From: Thermoplasmata archaeon
GTDB taxonomy: Archaea > Thermoplasmatota > Thermoplasmata > WALJ01
Direction: 5' to 3'
NCBI GenBank assembly: GCA_027006785.1
Contig: JALTFR010000049.1
Location: forward strand, 20,581-84,580
Length of the DNA stretch: 64,000 bases
The translations under genes and the position numbers were made by a program. This document shows positions 17,593-27,516 of the stretch, piece after piece (positions within the stretch are counted from its first letter, which is position 1; each line of letters starts with the position of its first letter). A model generated the notes under the pieces. It was given only the letters and a program-made list of their open reading frames with translations. It searched no databases and had not been told where the DNA came from.

Positions 17593-20013
17593 TCATTCTG
17601 GAATAAGAGAGCTGCTTCCGTCCTCATTCTCTTTAACGTTGAATACCATGCTTGCGCTCTCCTTTATCCCCTCTATGTGGCTTATCAGGAATATCTGGGA
17701 GAAACGACCCGATAGGGACTGAAGTGCCCTTATGATGTTCTCCCTTCTCGTCACATCCTGGGAACCGAATATCTCGTCAAGGACCATGAAATTGAAGCCT
17801 CTCCCCCCTCTGGCCTGAACGACAACCTCGGATATGGCAAGCCTGAGGCAGAGGTTCGCAAGGTCTGATTCTCCACCTGAAAAGCGCTCTATGGGATACG
17901 CCATTCCTGCATCTATTATCTTTATTCTGTATTCATCATCCAGTTCTATGCCGGGGTATTTTCCATCTGTCATCCGTGAGAAGAAATCAGAGGCAAGGGA
18001 TTGCAGAGTTGGACGTATTCTCGTTATTGCCTCGTCTCTGAAGAGTTTCATGTATTTTTCAAGGCTTTTAAGGTATAGCACATCTTCTTCATATTTTTTC
18101 ATAGTATCCATGTCCTTCTCAAGCCTGTCTATTTCAAGGAGCAATGCTTCCGCCTCACGCTCGTGTGACTTTATTTTCTCTTCGGATGCCATTATTTCTC
18201 CATGTATCCTTCTTTCCTCTTCTTGGAGCAGTTTTCTCCTATTTTCTGCATCTTCAAGTTTTCCCTCCGAAAATCCGAGGGATTTCAGTTCGTTTTCTCT
18301 CATTTCAATTTCAGTTCTCTTTTCAGATATCTCTTCTTTCATATTTTCTATTTCTCTGCGCAGCATGTCCTCCTGGCTTATCTCTCCCAGCAGTTTCTGG
18401 AATCTCCTGTCCTTTTCTACGAGCTCTTCAACCTCTCTTTTCAGAGCCTCATACTTCTCTTCATCGAAGGGAGGCTTGCCTATGGCCTTTATCTCCTCTT
18501 CGAGCCTCTTTTTCTCTCTTCTCATGGATTCAAGAGACTCTTTCACGGCTTCTTTTCTGGCCTTCATCGAAGATATGCTCATTTCAACCCTTGAAGCAGC
18601 TTTCAGGAGCTTTTCAAGAGTCGCAATCTCCATCTCAAGTGATGCGATTTCTTTTCCGGTCTCTTCAAGTTGCTTCCTCATCTGTTCTTTCTGAACCAGA
18701 AGAGCAGTTTTTTCCTCGCGCATATGCTGTAGTATCCCCTCATATTCGATACCGAGCGGCCTGTGACATGTGGGACACCGGCTTTCCGGACCAAGATTTT
18801 TTATATCTTTTATGCTGTTCTCTAATTCGATGACCTGAGAATCAAGAGAGTTCATGCGTGATATAAGTTCACTCCTTTTTCCATCAAGTTCCCTCAGAGC
18901 CTCTACAAGCCGGTTCTTTTTCAGTTCCATCTCATCGCGGCCAGAAAGCTGCGAGCTCATGTCATCCATGTCATTTTCAAGGGATTTTATTTTCTTTTCA
19001 CCTTCAAGGATATCATTTATGATTTTCTCAAGTCTTATCTCAAGGTCTTTCTTTTTTCTGGACCGCTCCATTTCATCTCTAAGAACTTCTAGCTCATCCT
19101 TCTTTTTCTTTAAAATGGACGGAGCATCTTTAAGAGAATCAAGTTCGAGTTTTTTCTTTTCTATGTCACGAAGTTCTTTTTCGGCCCTTTCCATCTCGCT
19201 TTCCATATGCTTTATCGATATATTCAGTTTTTCTATCTCAGATGATACACGATTGAATCGGTCCCTCAATTCCCGAGCCTCTTTTTCCCTGTCTTCGGCA
19301 ATTTTAAGCTCATTCAGAACCGAGTCATGCTTTTTTCTCAGAAGAGATGCTTTTTTTCCGAGTTCTTGCCTCTCTTTTTCGAGGTCTTTCATCAGATTTC
19401 TTTTGATTTCGATCAGAGGCCTCCCGTCGTCACCGTATAGTGCAAGCTGCATTCCTTTCAGAACGGATTCTGTCTCGCTTCTATCACTGGAAATCATTTT
19501 TCTGGCATCGTCTATGGCATCCAGACCGAGCATCCGTTCTATTTTCCTTTTCCTCGCCTCTTTCGTGAGATTTGTAAGTGCGTTGAGCTCCTTCTGACGC
19601 GCAAAAACGCTTATCATAAATCCATCTGCGTCCATTCCGAGTATTTTTTCCACGTATGTATTCACCGCACTGTTCGTGGATGCCTGAACCATTCCATTGG
19701 CTGAGATTTCTGCAACCACGGTGCCGGCTTTCCCCCTCATCTCACGCACAAGATGGTAATTATTTCCCTCCATCTCAAAATCAAGTTCAACGGAACATAT
19801 ATCCGAAGATGTAGCTCCACTGTATTTGATGCCCTCCTTTTTGTCCCGCAATATGCGTGAGTCGTTTCCGTAAAGTGCCCAGGCTATTGCCTCAACGAGT
19901 GTGCTTTTTCCGGCACCGTTAAGACCGTTTATACTTATTATTCCATCTCCGAACTCCGCCTCTGCCCTCCTGAACTTTCGGTAATTCCTCAGTCTTATGT
20001 GGCTGATTCTCAT
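17593..20013 (-). CDS. rad50: DNA double-strand break repair ATPase Rad50
   Basis: Walker A GLNGAGKST. Long heptad coiled coil with central zinc hook CPTCHRPL. Signature FSGGES, and Walker B/D-loop MVLDEIFGSQD. Confidence 0.9.
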   Translation of the reverse strand: MRISHIRLRNYRKFRRAEAEFGDGIISINGLNGAGKSTLVEAIAWALYGNDSRILRDKKEGIKYSGATSSDICSVELDFEMEGNNYHLVREMRGKAGTVVAEISANGMVQASTNSAVNTYVEKILGMDADGFMISVFARQKELNALTNLTKEARKRKIERMLGLDAIDDARKMISSDRSETESVLKGMQLALYGDDGRPLIEIKRNLMKDLEKERQELGKKASLLRKKHDSVLNELKIAEDREKEARELRDRFNRVSSEIEKLNISIKHMESEMERAEKELRDIEKKKLELDSLKDAPSILKKKKDELEVLRDEMERSRKKKDLEIRLEKIINDILEGEKKIKSLENDMDDMSSQLSGRDEMELKKNRLVEALRELDGKRSELISRMNSLDSQVIELENSIKDIKNLGPESRCPTCHRPLGIEYEGILQHMREEKTALLVQKEQMRKQLEETGKEIASLEMEIATLEKLLKAASRVEMSISSMKARKEAVKESLESMRREKKRLEEEIKAIGKPPFDEEKYEALKREVEELVEKDRRFQKLLGEISQEDMLRREIENMKEEISEKRTEIEMRENELKSLGFSEGKLEDAENRRKLLQEEERRIHGEIMASEEKIKSHEREAEALLLEIDRLEKDMDTMKKYEEDVLYLKSLEKYMKLFRDEAITRIRPTLQSLASDFFSRMTDGKYPGIELDDEYRIKIIDAGMAYPIERFSGGESDLANLCLRLAISEVVVQARGGRGFNFMVLDEIFGSQDVTRRENIIRALQSLSGRFSQIFLISHIEGIKESASMVFNVKENEDGSSSLIPE

Positions 20014-21137
20014 TTCTGGCCCCCCTCAGCCGCTCTGGCCAGATACTCTCTGCCCATGCTTATAAGCCGCTTCTTATCCAGTCCCTCCACTGATGCCTTG
20101 TTCAGGAAATCTGCAAAATCCTGCTCCATGCTGCTAAGACTTATCGTCTCTATATCCGGTGATGTGGATTCACCCTGTGAAACCTGCATCTCAAAGTGCA
20201 GTGCACCGGAGAAAAGTCCCTTTATTCTTCTGCTGTCAAGAGAGAGGTATTGGGCGCGCTCAATTCTGTTTATTCTGAGTCTGACAATGGCACCATCAAC
20301 AATCTGCTCCGTACGATCCACAATATCCTCCATAATCTCTGGAGCTCTCTTTCCTTTCGCATCTATCGGTGGAAGGTCCATCATGGGACGTATGTTCAGA
20401 CTCTGGAATTCAACTTTAAGAGGGCAGACATCCACCACTATGAATCCCTTGCTCTGCCCCACATCGTTGAAACTGAGCCTTTCTGTAGCGCCCGAATAAT
20501 AGGCCCTCTCGCCGAGTTTCGTGAACTCATGGTAGTGGCCGAAGGCGATGTAGTCGAACCCCTCGTGCAGTTCCCCCATGCCTATCAGGTCCTCGTTGGC
20601 CTCACCTGTTGAATATTTGAACGCCTTCAATCCCTCAACCCCTGAATGAAGCACGGCTATGTTGTACCTGTGCCTGTCCGATGGCCGCATAAGTCCTGCC
20701 TGCTCCTTGAACCTCTCACCCCCGTGAACATGTGGAAGAAGGTGCAACATAGTATCCCCTATCTCAAGGGTCTCGTAGCGCTCCCTGTAAAATGCTCGGA
20801 CACCCGGAACCTTTGAGATTATCCTGAAAACGCTACCAGTTTCCCTCATCCTCGGAGCAGAATGATTGCCTGCGATGACGATGAACGGTATGCCCGCATC
20901 CGTTATCCTGGCAATCTCCTCCATAGCAAAGCCGATGGCCCTGTTGCTTGGCCTGACTGTGTGAAAAAGGTCGCCGGCGTGTATCACGAAATCCGGTCTT
21001 ATTTCCAGTATCCTGTCAACGGCCTGCCTGAAGGCATTCTCTATATCAACCTCCCTCTGGTTCCTCCCGGTCTCAGGGTCCATGGCCGTGTAAGCGGAAT
21101 ATCCTATGTGTGTGTCTGCAATATGTACGAAGCGCAT
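20010..21137 (-). CDS. mre11: DNA double-strand break repair nuclease Mre11
   Basis: MRFVHIADTHIG, GDLFH and VIAGNHSAP phosphoesterase motifs. 4-nt overlap with rad50. Confidence 0.9.
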   Translation of the reverse strand: MRFVHIADTHIGYSAYTAMDPETGRNQREVDIENAFRQAVDRILEIRPDFVIHAGDLFHTVRPSNRAIGFAMEEIARITDAGIPFIVIAGNHSAPRMRETGSVFRIISKVPGVRAFYRERYETLEIGDTMLHLLPHVHGGERFKEQAGLMRPSDRHRYNIAVLHSGVEGLKAFKYSTGEANEDLIGMGELHEGFDYIAFGHYHEFTKLGERAYYSGATERLSFNDVGQSKGFIVVDVCPLKVEFQSLNIRPMMDLPPIDAKGKRAPEIMEDIVDRTEQIVDGAIVRLRINRIERAQYLSLDSRRIKGLFSGALHFEMQVSQGESTSPDIETISLSSMEQDFADFLNKASVEGLDKKRLISMGREYLARAAEGGQK

Positions 21138-21188
21138 GCCACCTTATCGCACAGTTGGTATTTAACGGTGAAGGATGGGTGGGTGAAA

Positions 21189-22052
21189 CTATTCGAGCGA
21201 AAGAAGGATGAGGCCGGCGACAACTAGGAGAGCGCTCACCACATATGTCCTCTTGACCTTTTCTTTGAGAAAGAGCGCTGCGAAGAGCATGGTGAAGAAA
21301 GGAGTTGCAGATGAAAGTGCCGAGGCATATGAAGCGCCGACCATCACCATTCCCATGAGAAATGCCGTTCCGCCTATGACATAGTTGAACAGCCCTGCGC
21401 CTGCGGAGTCATAGACGGATGAGCGGGATGGAAAGCATGGGATATCCTTCCACTTCGTGTAAAGGCACATGAAGGCACCGAGGACTGGCATCCGTATGGC
21501 ATTGGCGGTGTAGACATCAATGTCTGTGAGCGCTGCCCTGTAAAGAACTATGGTCATCGCCCAGAACAGAGGTGCTATGGAAACAAGGATTATTCCCTTT
21601 CTCGTGCTCTCTGTATGTCCTTCCTTCTTTCCGAGTATGATGACACCGGCGAAGATGAGCAGGGCTCCGCCGATGAGTGATATCCCGATAAGCTCCCCGA
21701 GAAACAGCGAGGCCATGAGCATCACGAAGAAAGGGGTCGTCTGGGAAAGCGGCGAGGCCATAGATGCGTCCACCAGCCTCAGGCCGTGAAGGTATATGGT
21801 GGTTCCGAGCGCAAGGCCGACAAGGGTTCCTGTTATGAGGTAGGTCAGCGGCCAGAGCCCGATGCCCTTTAATGCTATTGTACCTGATATGACCAACACA
21901 AGCCAGATGAGAACCATGAATATCGCGCTGAAGGATGTCTGGACAGCGTTGGCGCTCTCCGGTGACATTCCCTTGGATATGCTCCTTTTCAGGAGTATGT
22001 TGGAAAGGCCCCACATGATGGAGGCGAATATAAGGAGGGCGGTTCCGAGCAC
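21189..22052 (-). CDS. EamA-family (DMT superfamily) transporter
   Basis: 287 aa with 10 TM segments in two repeated halves. Confidence 0.6.
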   Translation of the reverse strand: MLGTALLIFASIMWGLSNILLKRSISKGMSPESANAVQTSFSAIFMVLIWLVLVISGTIALKGIGLWPLTYLITGTLVGLALGTTIYLHGLRLVDASMASPLSQTTPFFVMLMASLFLGELIGISLIGGALLIFAGVIILGKKEGHTESTRKGIILVSIAPLFWAMTIVLYRAALTDIDVYTANAIRMPVLGAFMCLYTKWKDIPCFPSRSSVYDSAGAGLFNYVIGGTAFLMGMVMVGASYASALSSATPFFTMLFAALFLKEKVKRTYVVSALLVVAGLILLSLE

Positions 22053-22080
22053 ACAAGGGCATTGCAGCCCGTTTAAAAGC

Positions 22081-22482
22081 CTATTCTATTATCACCGGCT
22101 TTCCGCCCTTCTCGCCTGACCTCTTCCTGTTGAGTTCCGATTCGATCAGGTCATAGTTCTCCATGAGGGCGGAGAGTGCATCTTCTATCGTGCGGTACTT
22201 TCCCCTGACGATTACCGGAAGGTATGGGCTTTCGTCCCTTATTCTAACGAAGTTCGGGCCCATTGCCCTTCCCACCAGAACATCGGTGCCCTTCACGATT
22301 CCCATTATCGCCTTCGCTTTGTTCGGGTCTCCGTGCATTCTTTCCTCAGGGGATGTGTTCTCCCTGTATTCGATTAGGCTTGCAGAGTCCTTCTTCAGTT
22401 CATATATAGCGAAATACAGGGAATCTCCCACATGCTCGTCGTGGAGGCTCTTTCTGTCATTGGTTCCGATGGCCACTTTCAT
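22081..22482 (-). CDS. MTH1175/NifX-NifB-like (dinitrogenase FeMo-cofactor biosynthesis domain) protein
   Basis: Start MKVAIGTNDRKSL...DEHVGDSLYFAIYE. The table ORF is extended to 22611. Confidence 0.5.
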   Translation of the reverse strand: MKVAIGTNDRKSLHDEHVGDSLYFAIYELKKDSASLIEYRENTSPEERMHGDPNKAKAIMGIVKGTDVLVGRAMGPNFVRIRDESPYLPVIVRGKYRTIEDALSALMENYDLIESELNRKRSGEKGGKPVIIE

Positions 22483-22678
22483 AGAGGTAAGAGCGAAACG
22501 GGGTTCATTAAGTTTTTTCCGAAATCTGACATTATTCTGGTAAAAATGGCCTTTTTCATGGTTTGATTCCTTTTTTCTCATTAAGTGCGAGGCTCGTGTG
22601 CAAAACTGCAAGATATTAAAACTATAAAATCATATTTTGAACGCAATCTTAATATACTTGCATAACCACGCAAACAGT

Positions 22679-23242
22679 ATGACAGAGATTCACAGTATGG
22701 ACGAATGTAAGGTAAAAGGAAGTTCCATAAACGCAATACTCAGATACATCCAGTTGAAATGGGGAAAACCCTATGTGGAATCCCTGAAACTGCCCTTCAA
22801 TCCAAGCGAGATAAAGGTGGACCGCTATTACCCTTATGAATGGGTGAGATATCTGCACAAGAAGATAGCGGAGAAGGCTCAGGGAAGAGAGGAGCAGGCC
22901 TTCAAAAAGATGGGACAGGATGTGGTCAACTCCGCTCTGGAGGGCCACATAGTGATAAACTACCTGATAAAGAGAAGGTCCCTTGAAAAGCTTCTGGAGG
23001 ACATGGACAAGAGTAGCGAATATATCAATGTCTTCGACGGAGGCATCATAAAGGAAGGGGACAGGCTTCAGGTCATCGCGGACCAGACATGCGAGGACAG
23101 GAGCGAGCAGATGTGCTGGATAACTGAAGGCGCTCTCAACGCAATGATAAAGAGCTCTAAGAAGAACGCTGTGGTGAAACACACGAAGTGCCAGTTCCAC
23201 GGCGACGAGCACTGTGTCTTCGAGGTGATAGAGCAGAAATAG
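22679..23242 (+). CDS. V4R domain protein (paralog of 10113..10541)
   Basis: C-terminal CQFHGDEHCVFEV parallels CVSKGDPKCVFVV of the other V4R ORF. Start is uncertain: ATG at 22637, 22679 or 22697. Confidence 0.4.
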   Translation: MTEIHSMDECKVKGSSINAILRYIQLKWGKPYVESLKLPFNPSEIKVDRYYPYEWVRYLHKKIAEKAQGREEQAFKKMGQDVVNSALEGHIVINYLIKRRSLEKLLEDMDKSSEYINVFDGGIIKEGDRLQVIADQTCEDRSEQMCWITEGALNAMIKSSKKNAVVKHTKCQFHGDEHCVFEVIEQK

Positions 23243-23279
23243 GGGCAAAGCTTTATTTCAGAAAGCCATATGCAGAGCC

Positions 23280-23960
23280 ATGAAGCCACTGGTTCTCTCC
23301 ATAGGCGGCTCAATACTGGCGAGCGCCGAGACAGAGTTCATAAAGGAACTAGCAGGCATGCTCATAAGGGAATCCAGCAGAAGAAGGGTTTTTGTCGTGG
23401 CAGGCGGAGGAAGCACCGCCAGAGACTACATAAGGAAATCAAGGGAACTGGGAGCGGACGAGTCGTTACTTGACGAGATAGGAATAATGGCGACCAAACT
23501 TAACGCAGCCCTGCTGATAAGCGCTCTCAACCCACATTCTGCGCCTCTGGTGCCCTCATCCTTCGAGGAAGCGATGGTTCTATCTGAATCGTATCCGATA
23601 GTGGTCATGGGTGGGACACATCCGGGACATACAACAGACGCAGTGGCCGCGATGCTCGCTGAAAGGGTGGGTTCAAATACGCTCATAGATGCCACATCAG
23701 TGAACGGCGTCTACACCGCTGACCCGAAAAAGGTGCCTGATGCGAAAAAAATAGAGAAGATGAGCCATCGAGAGCTTCTTGAACTGATAATGGAAGGGGG
23801 GAGCAGCGGCGCTGGCTCAAACATAGTGATAGACCCGATGGCAGCGAAGATAGCGGAGCGCTCCGCGATTACCCTGTATGTCCTGAACGGAAGGGACTTT
23901 GAGGCGCTTGAAAGGGCCATGAAGGGAAGAAGGTTCGATGGGACCGTTGTTGAAGGATAG
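23280..23960 (+). CDS. pyrH: uridylate (UMP) kinase, archaeal type
   Basis: MKPLVLSIGGSILAS...VFVVAGGGSTARDYI...MGGTHPGHTTDAVAA are amino-acid kinase family motifs. Confidence 0.85.
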   Translation: MKPLVLSIGGSILASAETEFIKELAGMLIRESSRRRVFVVAGGGSTARDYIRKSRELGADESLLDEIGIMATKLNAALLISALNPHSAPLVPSSFEEAMVLSESYPIVVMGGTHPGHTTDAVAAMLAERVGSNTLIDATSVNGVYTADPKKVPDAKKIEKMSHRELLELIMEGGSSGAGSNIVIDPMAAKIAERSAITLYVLNGRDFEALERAMKGRRFDGTVVEG

Positions 23961-23990
23961 GTATTTTATATCATTCACCCATGGGGAGTC

Positions 23991-26420
23991 ATGGATTCAT
24001 GGGATGTAAGGGCGATAAGCGCCTCCTACTCCACAGAGAATGACGTGGCGGTCATAGAGATATTCGGAAGGACATCTGACGGAAGGTCGATAACCGTTAG
24101 ATACCACGATTTTCTACCCTATTTCTACCTTTCAGAGCCCCCTGAAGATGTTGTGGAGGACCTTAAAAGGCAGGAGGAATATGTTGCGTCCGAGTGGGTG
24201 GACCTTGAAGTGCCGACACCGGAGATGCTCGTGAAGAGGAGGTGCCTGAAGGTCATAACAAGGCATCCGTGGAAGGTACCCGAGCTCAGGAGAAGGTACG
24301 AGAGGAAGTGCGAGGTTCTGGCAGCGGACATACCATTCGCAAAGAGGTTCATCTACGACATGGACATCGGTTCAAGTTTCAGGGTGAGCGGAGAGGAGGT
24401 GAAACTGGAGAAATACACCACAGATCTTGTGGTTGAAGCAGAGGCATTTGAGAACATAGACCCGATAAAACCCGACCTGAAGTACCTGAGCTTCGACATA
24501 GAGAATTCTATCGAAACAAGGCAAATATACACCATAGGGGTGGCGATAGAATACAAGGGAGAGATGAAAAAACTCCATTTCTCAGGGGATGAAAGAGATA
24601 TACTGGCTGAATTTGCCGAACGTATAAAGAAAGAGGACCCTGACATTATCACAGGCTATAATATAGGGGGCTATGATATCCCCCTTATAGTCGAGAGGAT
24701 GGAAGAGCTTAAAATGGGAAAGCCAGAGCTTGGAAGGGACGGGAGTAGCATCAGTGCCATAAATGAGCGCTTCTGGAGGTGCCATGGAAGAATCATAGCG
24801 GATGCTTGGTGGGCGGTGAAAAAGGATGTACATCCCAAAAAAGAGACACTGGGGCATGTGGCAGAACTGCTGCTCGGGGAGAAGAAGGACGATGTCAACC
24901 CGAAGCTCATGGATCAGGAATGGAAGGATGACCCGGAGAAGGTCATCAAGTACTGCATACAGGACGCGTATCTCGCACTTCAGATATTGAAAAAGATAGG
25001 AACGGTTCAGAAGGCCATGGATGTGGCAACGGTTTCCAAGCTTCCTGTGGACGATGCCCTGAACGGCAACACATCCACCATGATAGACTCCATATTCATC
25101 AGGGAGGCTGACCGCAGGGGCATAGGCGTTCCTCAGATGAAGTTCAGGTCCAGAGAGAGCGGGAAAATAGAAGGGGGATATGTGCATTCCATCAAGCCCG
25201 GGCTTTACCACTGGGTGATAGTCCTCGATTTCAAGAGCATGTACCCTTCCACCATAATCTCCAAGAACATCTGCTTCACCACACTGCATCCCGAAGGCAC
25301 CATAGTCAGCCCGATAGGAGTTCGCTTCCTTGCCCCTGAGGTCAGGAAGGGTATACTGCCTGAGATACTGGAGAAACTGATGAGGGAGAGGGATGAGACA
25401 AAGGCGAAGATGAAGGCCGCAAGGGACGAGGGTGAGAGAAAATACTATAATGGTTTGCAGAACGCCATAAAGGTGCTGATGAACTCGTTCTACGGCGTTT
25501 TCGCCTCATCTTTCTACAGGTTCACCAACAAGAACATAGGCGCCAGCATAACCGCCTTTGCCAGGGAGAACATAAAGACAGTTATTGAAAAACTGGAGGA
25601 GAAGGGCTATAATGTGATATACTCGGACACGGACAGCGTTTTCTTCCAGTCGCCCGAGGAAGGGCTTGAAGCGGCGGTGAGGATTGGAAAGGAGGTCTCC
25701 GAGGAGTTCAGCCGTGGCGGCCTGTTGCTTGAGTTCGAGAAGGTGATAGATCCGTTGTTCTCACACGGCGCGAAGAAGAGGTATGTGGGAAAGATAGTAT
25801 GGCCTGAGGAGGATATGATAGTCAGGGGATATGAGATACGCCGCACGGATTCCTTTGACCTCCAGAGCAGAGCGCTCATGCGAATATTCGAGCTTGTCCT
25901 GGAAGGTAAGTCTGAAGAGGCTGTGAAGGAGGCCAGGGAGATAGTTGAGAGCGTCGCCACGGGAAACGTTCCCATAGACAGTCTGGTCATATCACGCACC
26001 TGCAAAGAGTTCAGGCACTACAAGGACCCTGACAGGATGGCCAACGTGCAGGCCGCTAAGAAGATGATGAAACGAGGCTATGACTTCGTTCCCGGCATGA
26101 AGGTCTCATGGATTGTGACCAACAGCAAGAGAATACCTCAGGAAGTGGAACCATATATAGATGGAGAAAAATTCAAGGCAAGGCCTGACTGGTACTACTA
26201 TGCAAGGAGGGTCGCATCAACTCTTGCGAGGGTCACTGAGGTTTACGGCTGGGATGAAGAGGCGCTCATGAGGGGAATTGGGCAGGCCACATTATTCGAT
26301 TCCTTCGCTCCATCTTCTAGCAAAGAAAATGAAGATGAAAAGGAGGAAGACAAAAGCAAAAAGGATGGGCGGGAACTCAGGAAGAGAAGCAGGAGCATGA
26401 CACTGGACGACTTCATGTGA
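23991..26420 (+). CDS. polB: DNA polymerase family B
   Basis: Exo I FDIEN. Motif A LDFKSMYPSTII, motif B KVLMNSFYGVFA, motif C YSDTDSVFF. A-T rich ttttata lies about 25 nt upstream. C-terminal QATLFDSF is PIP-box-like. Confidence 0.9.
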   Translation: MDSWDVRAISASYSTENDVAVIEIFGRTSDGRSITVRYHDFLPYFYLSEPPEDVVEDLKRQEEYVASEWVDLEVPTPEMLVKRRCLKVITRHPWKVPELRRRYERKCEVLAADIPFAKRFIYDMDIGSSFRVSGEEVKLEKYTTDLVVEAEAFENIDPIKPDLKYLSFDIENSIETRQIYTIGVAIEYKGEMKKLHFSGDERDILAEFAERIKKEDPDIITGYNIGGYDIPLIVERMEELKMGKPELGRDGSSISAINERFWRCHGRIIADAWWAVKKDVHPKKETLGHVAELLLGEKKDDVNPKLMDQEWKDDPEKVIKYCIQDAYLALQILKKIGTVQKAMDVATVSKLPVDDALNGNTSTMIDSIFIREADRRGIGVPQMKFRSRESGKIEGGYVHSIKPGLYHWVIVLDFKSMYPSTIISKNICFTTLHPEGTIVSPIGVRFLAPEVRKGILPEILEKLMRERDETKAKMKAARDEGERKYYNGLQNAIKVLMNSFYGVFASSFYRFTNKNIGASITAFARENIKTVIEKLEEKGYNVIYSDTDSVFFQSPEEGLEAAVRIGKEVSEEFSRGGLLLEFEKVIDPLFSHGAKKRYVGKIVWPEEDMIVRGYEIRRTDSFDLQSRALMRIFELVLEGKSEEAVKEAREIVESVATGNVPIDSLVISRTCKEFRHYKDPDRMANVQAAKKMMKRGYDFVPGMKVSWIVTNSKRIPQEVEPYIDGEKFKARPDWYYYARRVASTLARVTEVYGWDEEALMRGIGQATLFDSFAPSSSKENEDEKEEDKSKKDGRELRKRSRSMTLDDFM

Positions 26421-26458
26421 AAACCATTTATACTGCACCTGTGTAGAAGCAAGCTTAT

Positions 26459-26532
26459 GGACCTGTGGGGTAGTCTGGATATCCTGGGGGCCTCCGGAGC
26501 CCCTGACCCGGGTTCGAATCCCGGCAGGTCCG
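26459..26532 (+). tRNA. tRNA-Arg (anticodon CCG)
   Basis: Hand-folded: acceptor GGACCUG/CAGGUCC. Anticodon stem GGGGC/GCCCC with loop CUCCGGA. T-arm CCGGG-UUCGAAU-CCCGG. U8, A14, G18G19, A21 present. No encoded CCA. Confidence 0.8.
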
Positions 26533-26832
26533 TCTCGGGCCCTTTCTTTTCTGTTCGCTCCGCTGGCTCACCCTCCAAAGAAAGCCACCGGATGGGAAAG
26601 AAAATCGGGTTCGCCTGCTCGCTCACATATTTTCCGCGTCTCTATTATTTGGCCCTTCCGAGCCGTCAGGCGAGGCGCGGACTTCTGAAAGAAGTGCAGT
26701 GTCTTTGCTTACCCTTTTCAGCCTTTCAACCCTTAAACTTATATCCCTATCCCGTATGGCACAGCGATGGACCCTGCAGAAACCGATAACCTGACATCAA
26801 AATATTCAAGTGACATCTCCGAATTTGTGAGG

Positions 26833-27516
26833 ATGAACCTTCACAACCACAGTACATTCTCAGATGGTTCTTTCACTCCGGAGTTCATAATAAAGAAAGC
26901 AATTGAGTACAGACTGAACTATATTGCCATCACAGATCACTACCTCACAAGCAAAACAAGATCCATGTCAGATGAGGTTCTTGAGAACTACATAACTCAG
27001 ATGGAAGAACTGAAAGAAAAGTACAGGAATCGCATAAGGGTGCTTAGCGGTGTTGAGATAGATGCTTCGAGAAGGACGGACTTCCACAGGATGCGTTATG
27101 ACCTGCTGAATTCCATGGATATCGTTCTTTTCGAGTATGTCAACGATGATGTTTGGGGTGGCATGCACCTGTGGGAACTATTCGATGTATTCGACAGAAT
27201 TGAGGTTCCGATAGGTCTGGCACACAGCGATATAAATGTCAATTTCAGGGATATCGACTATAATGCGCTCCTTCAGGTACTTGAGGACCATGGGATTTTC
27301 GTGGAACTATGCCCTTCTCAGAGAAATTCAAAGTTCGGAAGGCCGTTTTACAGATTCGCAGTGGATTTCTTTCGTATTCTTTCGGATACGGATGTTATGG
27401 TCTCGATAGGGACAGATGCCCATACACGTCCCGAAGAAATAGGAGACATACAGGATGCAGTACAGTTTGTGGAGGAATTTGACCTATGGATGAACCTTAT
27501 AAGCCTAAAAATATAG
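26833..27516 (+). CDS. PHP-domain (polymerase/histidinol phosphatase-like) metal-dependent phosphoesterase
   Basis: MNLHNHSTFSDGS...IAITDHY... is the PHP motif I-II. The table ORF starts at 26767. Confidence 0.65.
   Translation: MNLHNHSTFSDGSFTPEFIIKKAIEYRLNYIAITDHYLTSKTRSMSDEVLENYITQMEELKEKYRNRIRVLSGVEIDASRRTDFHRMRYDLLNSMDIVLFEYVNDDVWGGMHLWELFDVFDRIEVPIGLAHSDINVNFRDIDYNALLQVLEDHGIFVELCPSQRNSKFGRPFYRFAVDFFRILSDTDVMVSIGTDAHTRPEEIGDIQDAVQFVEEFDLWMNLISLKI

Noticed and set aside
17834-19597. Several 130-290 aa plus-strand ORFs rich in S, F and L antisense to rad50
   Set aside because: They lie entirely inside the Rad50 coiled-coil coding region. Antisense of K/E-rich heptad repeats gives long stop-free F/S/L frames, and there is no start context.
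24582-25289. 235-aa minus-strand ORF
   Set aside because: Antisense within polB.
26243-26626. 127-aa minus-strand ORF spanning tRNA-Arg
   Set aside because: It overlaps a well-folded tRNA gene and the polB 3' end. Low-complexity translation.
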